From an uncultured bacterium (GTDB lineage Bacteria; DRYD01): a DNA stretch of 64,000 bases. A program made the translations under genes and the position numbers. The notes under the pieces are model-generated. The model saw only the letters and a list, made by a program, of their open reading frames with translations. It did not search any database and was not told where the DNA came from. Shown piece by piece: positions 51,835-61,385 of the stretch. The first letter of the stretch is position 1. The number at the start of each line of letters is the position of its first letter. Where the stretch lies: positions 1 through 64,000 of the forward strand of contig CAKZQG010000011.1 in assembly GCA_937139605.1 (NCBI GenBank), read 5' to 3'.

Positions 51835-51861
51835 AATATAGAAAAGGGGGTGTTAGAGAAT

Positions 51862-52626
51862 ATGTTTTATGAAGGAATGCAAAAAGCAGTAGAAAGCATG
51901 AGCTATTTAGTTAAAATGCAAGAGGTTATAACAAATAACTTAGCAAACGCCTCTACAAGTGGATATAAACAAGATACCACTGTTGTAGCTAATTTCGGAG
52001 ATTTATTAAAAGAAAACGTTAATAAAATCGAACTAACAGGGATGGATAACAGCGCAGAGGTAGTAGTTTCTGAAAACCCATCATTACTTGTAAAACAAAA
52101 AACAAGTTTTGCAAAAGGGAATATTGCTAAAACTGATATAGATTTTGATTTCGCGTTAGACGGTAATGGCTTTTTTGTTGTAGATACCCCATACGGACTA
52201 AGATACACTCGAAACGGTTCATTTACTGTAGATGCTGATGGAATACTTAGAACTAAAGATGGAGGAATAGTCTTAGGAGAAAATGGACCAATTAAAATAA
52301 CAGGAAAAAAATTCGAAGTTAAAGAAGATGGAAGTATATATGTTGATAACAAAAAAATAGATAAATTACAATTAGTTGATTTTAATGATTATGGTGCATT
52401 AGTAAAAGAAGGCGCAAGTTATTTCAAATTATCTCGAGATGTCCAAAGATTACCTGCAAATACTAGAGTTTTACAAGGATATGTAGAAACTTCTAATGTT
52501 AATGCAGTTAAAGAAATGGTTAATATGGTTAATATATTAAGAAGTTTTGAAATGTCTCAAAAAGTTTTACAATCCCAAGATGAAGCACTTAAAAAACATA
52601 TAGAACAAATATCTAGAATGAGATAA
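51862..52626 (+). CDS. flgF: Flagellar basal-body rod protein FlgF (FlgF/FlgG family)
   Basis: N-terminal rod motif ITNNLANASTSGYK and a C-terminal FlgE/F/G domain. Start set at ATG 51862 (MFYEGMQ), 9 nt after the GGGGGTG RBS. Confidence 0.75.
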   Translation: MFYEGMQKAVESMSYLVKMQEVITNNLANASTSGYKQDTTVVANFGDLLKENVNKIELTGMDNSAEVVVSENPSLLVKQKTSFAKGNIAKTDIDFDFALDGNGFFVVDTPYGLRYTRNGSFTVDADGILRTKDGGIVLGENGPIKITGKKFEVKEDGSIYVDNKKIDKLQLVDFNDYGALVKEGASYFKLSRDVQRLPANTRVLQGYVETSNVNAVKEMVNMVNILRSFEMSQKVLQSQDEALKKHIEQISRMR

Positions 52627-52661
52627 AAAATATTTTCTTAAATTAAAGGAGGTGTTAAGAT

Positions 52662-53396
52662 ATGTTTAGTTCATTTTATACAGCAGCAAGTGGAATGGAT
52701 GCTCAACTTAAAAAAGTAGAAATTTTATCCCAAAACTTAGCTAACGCTAATACTATAACTTACAAACAACAAAGAATTAATTTCCAAGAACTTATGTATC
52801 AAAAGCTAGGGGATATTCAAGAAGGTACTGGTGTAAAATTAGGACAAACTGAAAGAGTCTTTAAAACAGGTGCAATGCAAAGAACTGATAACCCCTTAGA
52901 CGTAGCTATCCAAGGAAATGGATTCTTTAAAGTAGAAACCCCAGAAGGGAAAATATTATATACACGTGATGGAAGATTAGCTGTAGAAAACGGAGAATTA
53001 GTCGTTAAAGATCTAGGGAAACTTAACATAAAAGTACCTTCCGATGTTAGCAATGTAACAGTTGAAGAAGATGGAACAGTTATAGCCTATAAAGGGAAAG
53101 ATAAAGTTGAATTAGGAAAAATAAAACTATATGATTTTATAAATCCTAATGGTTTGAAAATAGCTGGTAAGAATGCTTTTGAAGCTACTAGCGAAGCAGG
53201 AAAACCCTTTGAAATAGAACCCAAAAAAGATGGAAATGCAATAATCCTAGCAGGTTTCATTGAAAAAAGTAATGTAAATATTATTAACCAAATGATGGAA
53301 ATAGTAGCTTCCCAAAGGAATTATGAATTAGTATCAAAATCAGTAGAATCTGCGGATCAAATTGCAAGAATGGCTTCCCAAATGAAAAAACAATAA
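52662..53396 (+). CDS. flgG: Flagellar distal rod protein FlgG
   Basis: MFSSFYTAASGMDAQLKKVEILSQNLANANTITYKQQRINFQELMYQ is canonical FlgG N-terminus. Conserved C-terminal IINQMMEIVASQRNYEL. RBS AAAGGAGGTG. Confidence 0.85.
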   Translation: MFSSFYTAASGMDAQLKKVEILSQNLANANTITYKQQRINFQELMYQKLGDIQEGTGVKLGQTERVFKTGAMQRTDNPLDVAIQGNGFFKVETPEGKILYTRDGRLAVENGELVVKDLGKLNIKVPSDVSNVTVEEDGTVIAYKGKDKVELGKIKLYDFINPNGLKIAGKNAFEATSEAGKPFEIEPKKDGNAIILAGFIEKSNVNIINQMMEIVASQRNYELVSKSVESADQIARMASQMKKQ

Positions 53397-53587
53397 TAAT
53401 AAGGTAGGATTGAAGTAGTTTCTAAAAACTATTAAAAAACATATATTACCAGAAAGAAAACTATCAACTATAAAAATCATTTTTTAAAGAGATATATAAA
53501 ATAAGCGGACTAACATTGATAAGCTACATCTTCTAAAGGGGGGAGGGGGGAAACAAGGAAAATCTAAGAGGATTGGGATAGGAAAGC

Positions 53588-53706
53588 AAGGAGGTTAGGT
53601 TTTGTGCTTAATGTAAGGCATATAATTAGTACCGCCTGCAGACCATAATATGGCGGAATACAAATAGGTCTGCCAAAAGTGTATATTCTTATACACTTTT
53701 GTTAAG
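53588..53706 (+). promoter_or_regulatory. Copy B of conserved leader cassette (TATAAT at 53621-53626, crossing helices, terminator-like hairpin) immediately 5' of flgJ-like gene
   Basis: AAGGAGGTTAGG...GCATATAATTAGTACCGCCTGCAGACCATAATATGGCGGAATACAAATAGGTCTGCCAAAAGTGTATATTCTTATACACTTTTGTTAAG. The hairpin AAAAGTGTATA-ttct-TATACACTTTT ends 16 nt before the ATG at 53722. Confidence 0.6.
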
Positions 53707-53721
53707 TATGGGAATTAAATT

Positions 53722-54021
53722 ATGGACTTTAATAAAATAGAATTAAATAATGTTAAAAGCTATCAAGATTATGTTAATTATAATGAAGCACAAAAAAGTG
53801 CTAAAGAATTTGAAGCAATATTTTTAAATATGATGTTATCTGAAATGTTTAAAACTGCTACTAAAAATCCATTTCTATCAGACGAATCCTCAGGAGTTAA
53901 TAATACTCAAAAAGAAATGATGTTTAGTTTATTAACTCAACAACTATCTCAACAATGGGCTCAAAATAATTCCTTACTATCTGATCAAATACTACAACAA
54001 TTACAAAATGATCAATTCTAA
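53722..54021 (+). CDS. Flagellar rod-binding-domain protein (FlgJ N-terminal domain only)
   Basis: SAKEFEAIFLNMMLSEMFKT matches the FlgJ rod-binding-domain signature (A..EFEA.FL..MLKSMR). 99 aa, no hydrolase domain. Confidence 0.6.
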   Translation: MDFNKIELNNVKSYQDYVNYNEAQKSAKEFEAIFLNMMLSEMFKTATKNPFLSDESSGVNNTQKEMMFSLLTQQLSQQWAQNNSLLSDQILQQLQNDQF

Positions 54022-54045
54022 AATTATCTATATATAAAAATAACA

Positions 54046-55245
54046 ATGAATTTTAAAGAGATAAACTTTAATAATAAAAATATACAAATTATTAATTTTG
54101 ATTCTTTTTTCATTAAAGATTTAAAAATTATTGATAATTTAAATAATAATAGTGAATCTCATAATTTAAGTAATTCAAGTAATTTAGATAAAGTTATCAT
54201 AAATTTTAATAAAGAAAATTTAAACGATTCTAATTTAATTGAGTTTTTTAAAAGTATATATAATTTTTGTAAAGATAATAATTTAGACTTTGATTTTAAA
54301 CCTTTTATTGAAGGTTATAATAATTATATCTTTAAACCTAAAATAGCAATTCTTTATATACTTAAAGAATTACTTTCTTTTAATGGAAAAATAAATAATT
54401 ATCTTATTTCAATAAGAAATAAAATAGAAGAAAGAAATTTTTTAATAAATTCTTTACCTTTTGATAATCAAGGAAAATTTATTATATATTTTAAAAAACA
54501 AAAAGAATTAGAAATTTTTTTATCTTTCTTTAAAACTTTTTTATCTAAAAACTACGTAATAAATGAAGAAAATAAAGTTGATATTATTAAAAATAAAATA
54601 ATAGATGAGCTAAGTAAAAAATATTTCCTTACTCATAAATTTTATAAAATAACTGATATAACTAAAAAAGCAGAAATTATAGCCAATATTATTAAAAGTG
54701 GTGGTTTGTTATCAAAGCAACTTAGAAAAGAATTACTAAACAATGCTGACCAAGGGATTGGAAAACTTGACGAATTAACAGGAGGAAGTAATTACGTATT
54801 TTTTAGATTATCAAAATATCCTGATGAAGATGATCTTGTTTTTGATTTAAAAATATTAAAAGAAAACGAACACATAATTCATGATGCTGATAAATGGGGA
54901 GATACTATAAATGATAAAAAAAATAGGGTACCCATAGATAAAATAAATTCTACATATATTGGGGAAGTATTACTTAAAAACATAGCTGATATTAAATATT
55001 TAAAATATATTAACGTTAAAAGTAATGAAGAAAAAAATAAATTAATAGAAGAATTAAAAAAATTAGGAATAAATGAAATAAATGGAAAAGATCTAAATGA
55101 GGTTATTCAAGTTTCTTCAAGAAATGATTCTATAAAAAAGAAATTAATGCTATGGACTTTTAAATTATATAATGTAGTTGAATCATTTGATCCTTTTAGA
55201 ATTACTCCTAAGATTATGAAATTAATTTATGATAGATTATATTAA
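54046..55245 (+). CDS. Hypothetical Asn/Lys-rich protein (399 aa) downstream of flgJ-like gene
   Basis: Open frame with 24-nt gap after the FlgJ-like gene. No domain recognised. Confidence 0.4.
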   Translation: MNFKEINFNNKNIQIINFDSFFIKDLKIIDNLNNNSESHNLSNSSNLDKVIINFNKENLNDSNLIEFFKSIYNFCKDNNLDFDFKPFIEGYNNYIFKPKIAILYILKELLSFNGKINNYLISIRNKIEERNFLINSLPFDNQGKFIIYFKKQKELEIFLSFFKTFLSKNYVINEENKVDIIKNKIIDELSKKYFLTHKFYKITDITKKAEIIANIIKSGGLLSKQLRKELLNNADQGIGKLDELTGGSNYVFFRLSKYPDEDDLVFDLKILKENEHIIHDADKWGDTINDKKNRVPIDKINSTYIGEVLLKNIADIKYLKYINVKSNEEKNKLIEELKKLGINEINGKDLNEVIQVSSRNDSIKKKLMLWTFKLYNVVESFDPFRITPKIMKLIYDRLY

Positions 55246-55482
55246 AATTATTAAAATAAAGTAAAATAAAAAATGTTATACTATGAGGGGGAGGGGTAAA
55301 AAGGTTGCCAAGAACTATTAAAAATGTTTACTCCAACCTAAACCTTAACAGCAAACCAAAGCTAAAATCTCAAAGCAACCAGTGAAAAGAATTTGTAAAG
55401 AGTATTTAAGAGAGTTTTTAAGGAAACGTGGGGTATTTTCAACAGGGGCTTACCTTTGATAAAGAAAATCTAATAGGAAAGT

Positions 55483-55608
55483 AAAGAAGTTAGGAATTGT
55501 ACTTGGCGCAAAGCATATAATTAGTACCGCCTGCAGACCATAGGGCTAACGTGGCGGAATACAAATAGGTCTGCCAAAAGTGTATAAGAATGTACACTTT
55601 TGCTTAAC
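55483..55608 (+). promoter_or_regulatory. Copy C of conserved leader cassette (TATAAT at 55516-55521) immediately 5' of membrane-protein gene. Extended homology with copy A reaches back to about 55380.
   Basis: AAAGAAGTTAGG...GCATATAATTAGTACCGCCTGCAGACCATAGGGCTAACGTGGCGGAATACAAATAGGTCTGCCAAAAGTGTATAAGAATGTACACTTTTGCTTAAC. Ends 15 nt before the ATG at 55624. Confidence 0.6.
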
Positions 55609-55623
55609 AAAGGCTAAGTAAAT

Positions 55624-56256
55624 ATGAATCTAATAGATATAATTTTTATTATTTGTTTTGCTATTGTGTTATCTGCTTTAACAGGACTAAGGACTTTCTT
55701 ACCCATTACTACTTTTAGTATATTAGCTAAATTTAATCTAATTAAACTTAATATTTATAATACTTCTTTTTATAATTTTATAACAGATGACAGAGTATTA
55801 TTAGTTTTTATTATTGCTACTATCTTAGAAGTACTAAGTGATAAAATCCCTGCTATAGATAATTTTTTGGATAATGTTCTAATATTTATAAAACCAATTT
55901 TTTCCTTTATATTGAATTATAATTTATTAAACAGTCTAAATTTAAGTGAGTGGCAATTATTTTTAATTAGTTTTAGTTTATCTTTATTTTTAACAAGTTC
56001 AATAACTACATCAAAAAATGTAATAAGATTAACTTCTACTACCACCACTTTAGGGACTTTTAATATTTTTATAAGTTTTTTAGAAGACTTACTTGTTATC
56101 ATTAAAACAGTATTATCTGCTTTATTTGTTGGTTTTGTTATTATTTTTTCTATAGTATTTATAGTAATATCAGCATTTATAGGATATAAGTTTTTTACAA
56201 AAATGATAGGATTTTTTAAGAATGTAAAGGGAATTAAGGAAAAAGGGATAATATAA
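55624..56256 (+). CDS. Hypothetical integral membrane protein (210 aa, ~6 TM)
   Basis: Hydrophobic helices throughout. No motif recognised. Confidence 0.45.
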   Translation: MNLIDIIFIICFAIVLSALTGLRTFLPITTFSILAKFNLIKLNIYNTSFYNFITDDRVLLVFIIATILEVLSDKIPAIDNFLDNVLIFIKPIFSFILNYNLLNSLNLSEWQLFLISFSLSLFLTSSITTSKNVIRLTSTTTTLGTFNIFISFLEDLLVIIKTVLSALFVGFVIIFSIVFIVISAFIGYKFFTKMIGFFKNVKGIKEKGII

Positions 56257-56262
56257 TAATAT

Positions 56263-56336
56263 CGGGGTGTAGCTCAGCTTGGCAGAGCGCAGGCATGGGG
56301 GGCCTGAGGTCGCCGGTTCAAGTCCGGCCACCTCGA
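56263..56336 (+). tRNA. tRNA-Pro (anticodon GGG)
   Basis: Acceptor CGGGGTG/CACCTCG (one G-U), D-arm GCTC-AGCTTGGCA-GAGC, anticodon stem CAGGC/GCCTG with loop ATGGGGG (U33, GGG, G37), T-arm GCCGG-TTCAAGT-CCGGC, discriminator A. 74 nt. Confidence 0.8.
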
Positions 56337-56353
56337 TAATTTAAAACAATAAA

Positions 56354-58912
56354 ATGATTACTAAAACTTCTAAAATTACTATCTCTAAAATATATAATCT
56401 AAACTCTATTGATAACATAATTGATGTTTTCATTACCGATTATTTCTTATTTATTATATCCAAAGACTTAATTATTCACATAATTAATAGAATAAATAAT
56501 TATGTTTTTTCTTTTAAAGTTATCATTTTTGAAAAGGAAGACAATATACTATTTGAATTTCTTAAAATAATTGATATAAAAAAGCTAAACAAAGACACAT
56601 TCGAAGCATCTTTACTAATTAAAAATATCCTAAAAGGAATATATTTCTTAAATATTTACATAATAACTAAGGATAATGAATTCAAAATATTACTAAATGA
56701 TTCTTATTATTTAGATTCCCGATTTATAAATTTCATAAATCATAATAGCTCACTAAATATTAATGATTCTCTTAACGATATATTAATTTTAGTAGATAAC
56801 GGAATATACAACATAAATTCAAAGTCTTTTTTTTATAAAATAGAAGATATTTTAAAATCTACTTATATAGATATAAAAGATATAATTTATTCATTTTTTA
56901 TTAATCAGAATCTATTTTTTGTTGATAAAAAAGGATTTATATTTATCTTCGAAATTGATAAAGATAAGGAATTAAAATTTATAAATTCATTTTTCTTAGA
57001 TAGTTTTTATCATAAAAATCTTAAAAATATTAAACATTTTTATATCTCAGATAATATTGTTATTTTTGTTGATAATTTAATATATGCTATATCCAATTTA
57101 GATAATATATTAGACAATATAAATGAAATTAAAATAAAAAAATACTCTACTTGGGAGTTATTTAAAGATTTTTATTTATTAACAAAAAATTCTAATGAGA
57201 TTTTTAAGGATATTATATTTTATAATAATAATTATTATTTAGTTTTTGAAAATTATTTAGTGCTTTTAAAAGTGGAAGCTAATAATTTTAAATTTACAAA
57301 GTTAAAAAATTTTGAATGGGAAAAAGAAAATAATTTAATTAAATTAAAAATTATAAATAATCAAGAACTTTGGGTTTTCTATAACCAAAAAATATGGGTT
57401 TTCCAAAATATCCTAGAAAACTCCTTATATAAAGAATTAACTTTATCATTTGAATCTAATCAAGAATTACTATCAATTAAAGATAAATATAACAAAAATG
57501 ATTTAGAAAATACTTTAAAAGAAAAAGAAATCTTAAAGGATAAAGATATATTTGAAATACTAGATTCTAATAATGATAATATTTTGTATAATAATTTTAA
57601 AGTAGTTTCTATAAAAAAATATAATGAATTTTATTTAATTTTTTTAAATGTTCCATTTTTTGGTATATTGGATAACAAAAATGTTTTCTTTTATCCGTTT
57701 TTATTTGATAATTTTACCGAAAATTATAATTATAAAAAAATTAATATTATTTCTATTTTAGATAATTTGTTATTTTTTAAATTAGAAGATAATTATTATT
57801 TTGGAGAATTAGAATTTACTTTTGAACCTTATGTAAAAACTACTGTTAAAAATATTAATAAAATTAATACATTAGTAAACGAAGATAAAATATTAAGTAA
57901 TCCTATTAGATTCTTAAACAATAATGTCTTATTTTCATATCAAAATGAATTATTTATTTTGAATTTAGGTAAAGAATCTAAAGACTATACTCTAAAAAAA
58001 TTTGACCTGAGAAACGTTTCTTTATCAAATATAAATTATTTTAATGATAACTTTGTTTATTCATTTTATATTAAAGACAGTAATATTATTTTAAAAATAT
58101 ATGAACTAGATACTATAAATTTCAAAATAAACATACTTAAAGAATTTATTTTGGAAAATATATCTGATTTCTACAAAAATTTACTGATTAATAGCATTTT
58201 ATTAGATTTAAAAATTATAGATAATAATAAACTTTATCTTTCTATTTTAAAAAATAATCAAATCTATGATTTAGAAATTACTAATAATATTCAATTTAAA
58301 TTATTGAAAAATTTTAAATTGAATGTAGAAAATATTTTAAACGTTTTCAAAATAAATGAAACTATCTTCTTTATTGATTATGATAAAATATATTATTTTA
58401 ATATATCATTAAATTCTTTAAACTTCATTAAATTATTTGAAACACTTAATAAAGTTAATCTGCAAAATAATTTAGATGTTTTTATATTTAATAATCTAAT
58501 TGTCATAGGAAAAATAGAAGATTTCTCAAAATGGGAAAAAATAGTATTCACTTATACCAATGAAAATATATTAGATATATTATTTTATAAAGATAAATTG
58601 CTAATAATATTAGAAAATTCTATAGCTACTGATATACCTAATAAAATTTTAGATATAGAAAAAAATAATTTTATCGAGTTATTAAAACTAGATAATGTCA
58701 TTTACTTAAAGAAATATTTTAAAAATAAGCTTTTAAAAGAAAATAAATTATTTTTATTAGATGATATTGGAGATTTCTGGATAGTTGATATTCAAAATAA
58801 AGATTTAATTAAATCCTATTTGGGTTTTTTAAATGAAGGAGAATTTTATTTAATTGATAATAATATATATATAATAACTAAAGAAGGGTATTCTATAAAA
58901 ATAGAAGTATAA
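56354..58912 (+). CDS. Hypothetical Asn/Ile/Lys/Phe-rich repetitive protein (852 aa)
   Basis: Begins 18 nt after tRNA-Pro. Many short beta-strand-like repeats (YYF, IFF, NNN). No domain recognised. Confidence 0.35.
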   Translation: MITKTSKITISKIYNLNSIDNIIDVFITDYFLFIISKDLIIHIINRINNYVFSFKVIIFEKEDNILFEFLKIIDIKKLNKDTFEASLLIKNILKGIYFLNIYIITKDNEFKILLNDSYYLDSRFINFINHNSSLNINDSLNDILILVDNGIYNINSKSFFYKIEDILKSTYIDIKDIIYSFFINQNLFFVDKKGFIFIFEIDKDKELKFINSFFLDSFYHKNLKNIKHFYISDNIVIFVDNLIYAISNLDNILDNINEIKIKKYSTWELFKDFYLLTKNSNEIFKDIIFYNNNYYLVFENYLVLLKVEANNFKFTKLKNFEWEKENNLIKLKIINNQELWVFYNQKIWVFQNILENSLYKELTLSFESNQELLSIKDKYNKNDLENTLKEKEILKDKDIFEILDSNNDNILYNNFKVVSIKKYNEFYLIFLNVPFFGILDNKNVFFYPFLFDNFTENYNYKKINIISILDNLLFFKLEDNYYFGELEFTFEPYVKTTVKNINKINTLVNEDKILSNPIRFLNNNVLFSYQNELFILNLGKESKDYTLKKFDLRNVSLSNINYFNDNFVYSFYIKDSNIILKIYELDTINFKINILKEFILENISDFYKNLLINSILLDLKIIDNNKLYLSILKNNQIYDLEITNNIQFKLLKNFKLNVENILNVFKINETIFFIDYDKIYYFNISLNSLNFIKLFETLNKVNLQNNLDVFIFNNLIVIGKIEDFSKWEKIVFTYTNENILDILFYKDKLLIILENSIATDIPNKILDIEKNNFIELLKLDNVIYLKKYFKNKLLKENKLFLLDDIGDFWIVDIQNKDLIKSYLGFLNEGEFYLIDNNIYIITKEGYSIKIEV

Positions 58913-58974
58913 TTGTTAATCTAAAATTGCTAAAGTCAATATAAAGTCTTTAAAAATAAAATTAAAAGGAGGGA

Positions 58975-59277
58975 GTGAAAAAAATGGCAAGAGTTATAAC
59001 TGAAGCTTGTATAGGTACTAAAGATAGATCATGTGTTAGTGTTTGCCCTGTAGATTGTATCCATCCAACAGAAAGCGAAGATAAAGGTGAAATGCATTTA
59101 TATATTGATCCAGATGTATGTATAGATTGCGGTGCTTGCGAAAGTGTTTGCCCAGTTAGTGCTATATATCCAGAAGAAGATGTCCCCGAAAACCTTAAAA
59201 AATATATAGAAATAAATAAAGATTATTATAAATTATCTCCAGAAGAATTTGAAGCTAAATGGGGAAGAAAACCATAA
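58975..59277 (+). CDS. Ferredoxin (7Fe-type, [3Fe-4S][4Fe-4S] cysteine pattern)
   Basis: CIGTKDRSCVSVCPVDCI (C-x7-C-x3-CP) plus CIDCGACESVCPVSAI (C-x2-C-x2-C-x3-CP). RBS AGGAGGGAG. Confidence 0.75.
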   Translation: MKKMARVITEACIGTKDRSCVSVCPVDCIHPTESEDKGEMHLYIDPDVCIDCGACESVCPVSAIYPEEDVPENLKKYIEINKDYYKLSPEEFEAKWGRKP

Positions 59278-59345
59278 AAAGCTATTCATAATCAATTTTA
59301 TTTGATTATTATTTACTTATTTAAACATAGGGAGGATTTTTTAAA

Positions 59346-59999
59346 GTGTTTAATAGAGTTATATTAATAGGAAGATTGACAGGGGATCCTGTTTTAAAAT
59401 ACAGTCCTCAAGGAAAAGCAGTTGTCTCTTTTACTTTAGCTGTTGACAGAATATCAGAAGGAACAGATTATTTCGATATCGTTGGATTTGAAAAATTAGC
59501 AGAAATATCTAATAAATATCTTAAAAAAGGTAGATTAATAATGGTAGAAGGAAGATTACAAACTAGAGTTTTTGAAAGAAATGACGGCACTAAATCTAAA
59601 AGCTTCGAAATAATCATGGAAAATATGAAAATGTTAGATAAAAAACCAGAAACAGATGAATACAAAACAGAATACAAAGCAGAGTATAAACCAGATAAAT
59701 CAGAATTTAAAGAATCTAAAACTGACTCCAAAACAGATTACAAAGAACCATCTAGCTATAAAACCAAAAAACCATATGATGAAGAATTAGATTTTGAACA
59801 AGATTTAAATTTTGATGAATTTGAAGAAGAAGATTCCTTTTCTATTAATCCTAAATCTCCAATAAGAGAACAACCTAAAGAATTTAAAAAAACTACAATT
59901 GATTACAAAAATACACAATCAAAGGAAAACTATTCTAAAAAAATCTCGAAACCGTTTGAAGATGATGATTTTGATGAACTCTTCTTTAACGATAAATAA
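59346..59999 (+). CDS. ssb: Single-stranded DNA-binding protein
   Basis: OB-fold N-term MFNRVILIGRLTGDPVLKYSPQGKAVVSFTLAV...RLIMVEGRLQTR, repetitive Tyr/Lys linker, acidic C-terminal tail DDDFDELFF. GTG start after GGGAGGA RBS. Confidence 0.8.
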   Translation: MFNRVILIGRLTGDPVLKYSPQGKAVVSFTLAVDRISEGTDYFDIVGFEKLAEISNKYLKKGRLIMVEGRLQTRVFERNDGTKSKSFEIIMENMKMLDKKPETDEYKTEYKAEYKPDKSEFKESKTDSKTDYKEPSSYKTKKPYDEELDFEQDLNFDEFEEEDSFSINPKSPIREQPKEFKKTTIDYKNTQSKENYSKKISKPFEDDDFDELFFNDK

Positions 60000-60231
60000 A
60001 TACCTCCTATAAATGGATAGAAAGCCTATAACTTAAGCATACACAAAGCTGAGAAAATATGCAAAATTTATTATAAAAATTATGATATAGTATAAAAAGG
60101 TATTAAGCAATAAAGAACAAAATCTATCTCTTATAAGTTGGGAGAGCTAGCTAAAATATTGTAATAATTAAATCAAATGTGAGGAGCTTTTAATAATTTT
60201 ATGATAATTTAATTTATTTTTTTATTTTTTT

Positions 60232-61385
60232 ATGTATGTTAGTTTTATAGAATTAATTAATTACAGGTTATTTAAAGAAAAAAGTATAAAATTAGAAAAA
60301 GGGATTAATATTATCTTTGGTTTTAATTCAACAGGAAAAACTACAATCTTAGAAGCTATTAATCTAATACTAACTGGCATAACTATAAATAATGAAAATA
60401 TTATAAATTTTAATTCAAATTACTCTAATATTTTTGCTAATATCATAAAAGATAGCATTAATCATAATTTAAAAGTTATTATTAAAAAATTAGAAAATCA
60501 AAAAATAAGTAAGTTTTTTTTTTGAATGATAAAAAAATAAAGAACTATGAAGAATTAAGAAAAAATTTTGCTATAATTTTTTTAACTCTAAAAGATATAT
60601 TACTAGTTAGCAATGAACCATCTATAAAGAGGGATTTCTTAGATAGATTCCTAATTGTATTTTTCAAAGACTACGAACATTACATTATTAATTATAAAAA
60701 ATCGCTGTTTAATAAAAATAAACTACTATATAATCTTAAAATTAATAACAATATAGACTATGAAATGTTAGAAATTTTAAATGAAAATATAATAAATTAT
60801 TCTACTTTTATTTCTTTAAAAAGAATTGAAATACTTTTAAAAATAAAAGAATATATTTACAATTATTTAGATTATCTTTTACCTAATTTTAAGTTTTATT
60901 TTTCTTATTATATAAGTGGAATCTATAAATTAGACTTAGAACACATCAATTTTAATTTAAATGAATTACAAAAATTAGTAAAAGATTTTTATATTCAAGC
61001 TATTGAAAAAAATAAGAAAAAGGAATTAGCTTTTTATAAATCATTAATTGGAGCTTCTAAGGATAATTTTGAAATATTTATTAAGAATTCAGATATCTTA
61101 TTAAATATAAAATATGTATTTTCATTAAGTCAGATAAATTTACTATCGCTTGCTATGTTTTTTGTCTTAAAAAAAATAATGACTAAATTTTTAAATTACG
61201 ATCCTATTTTAATTTTAGATGAACCATTTGTTTATTTAGATAAAAACAACGTAAAAAAAATATTAACTGTCTTAAAAGAAAATACCCAAACTATTTTTAC
61301 TACCAATAACATTGATTTACTACATTTTATTTTTGATAGCTTTGATAATACCAATGTAATTAAACTAAAATCAGAACCAGAATAA
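60232..61385 (+). pseudogene. recF: RecF-like SMC/ABC ATPase split into two ORFs (60232-60525 and 60522-61385) at a T10 homopolymer
   Basis: ORF1 carries Walker A GFNSTGKTTILEAI. ORF2 carries Walker B/D-loop ILILDEPFVYLDKNN. The frames differ by -1 exactly at tttttttttt (60514-60523). Confidence 0.5.

Noticed and set aside
59640-59760. Repetitive TEYKAEYKPDKSEFKESKTDSKTDYKEP region in ssb as a separate repeat feature
   Set aside because: This is the usual low-complexity linker between the OB fold and the acidic tail of SSB, and it is not a perfect DNA tandem.
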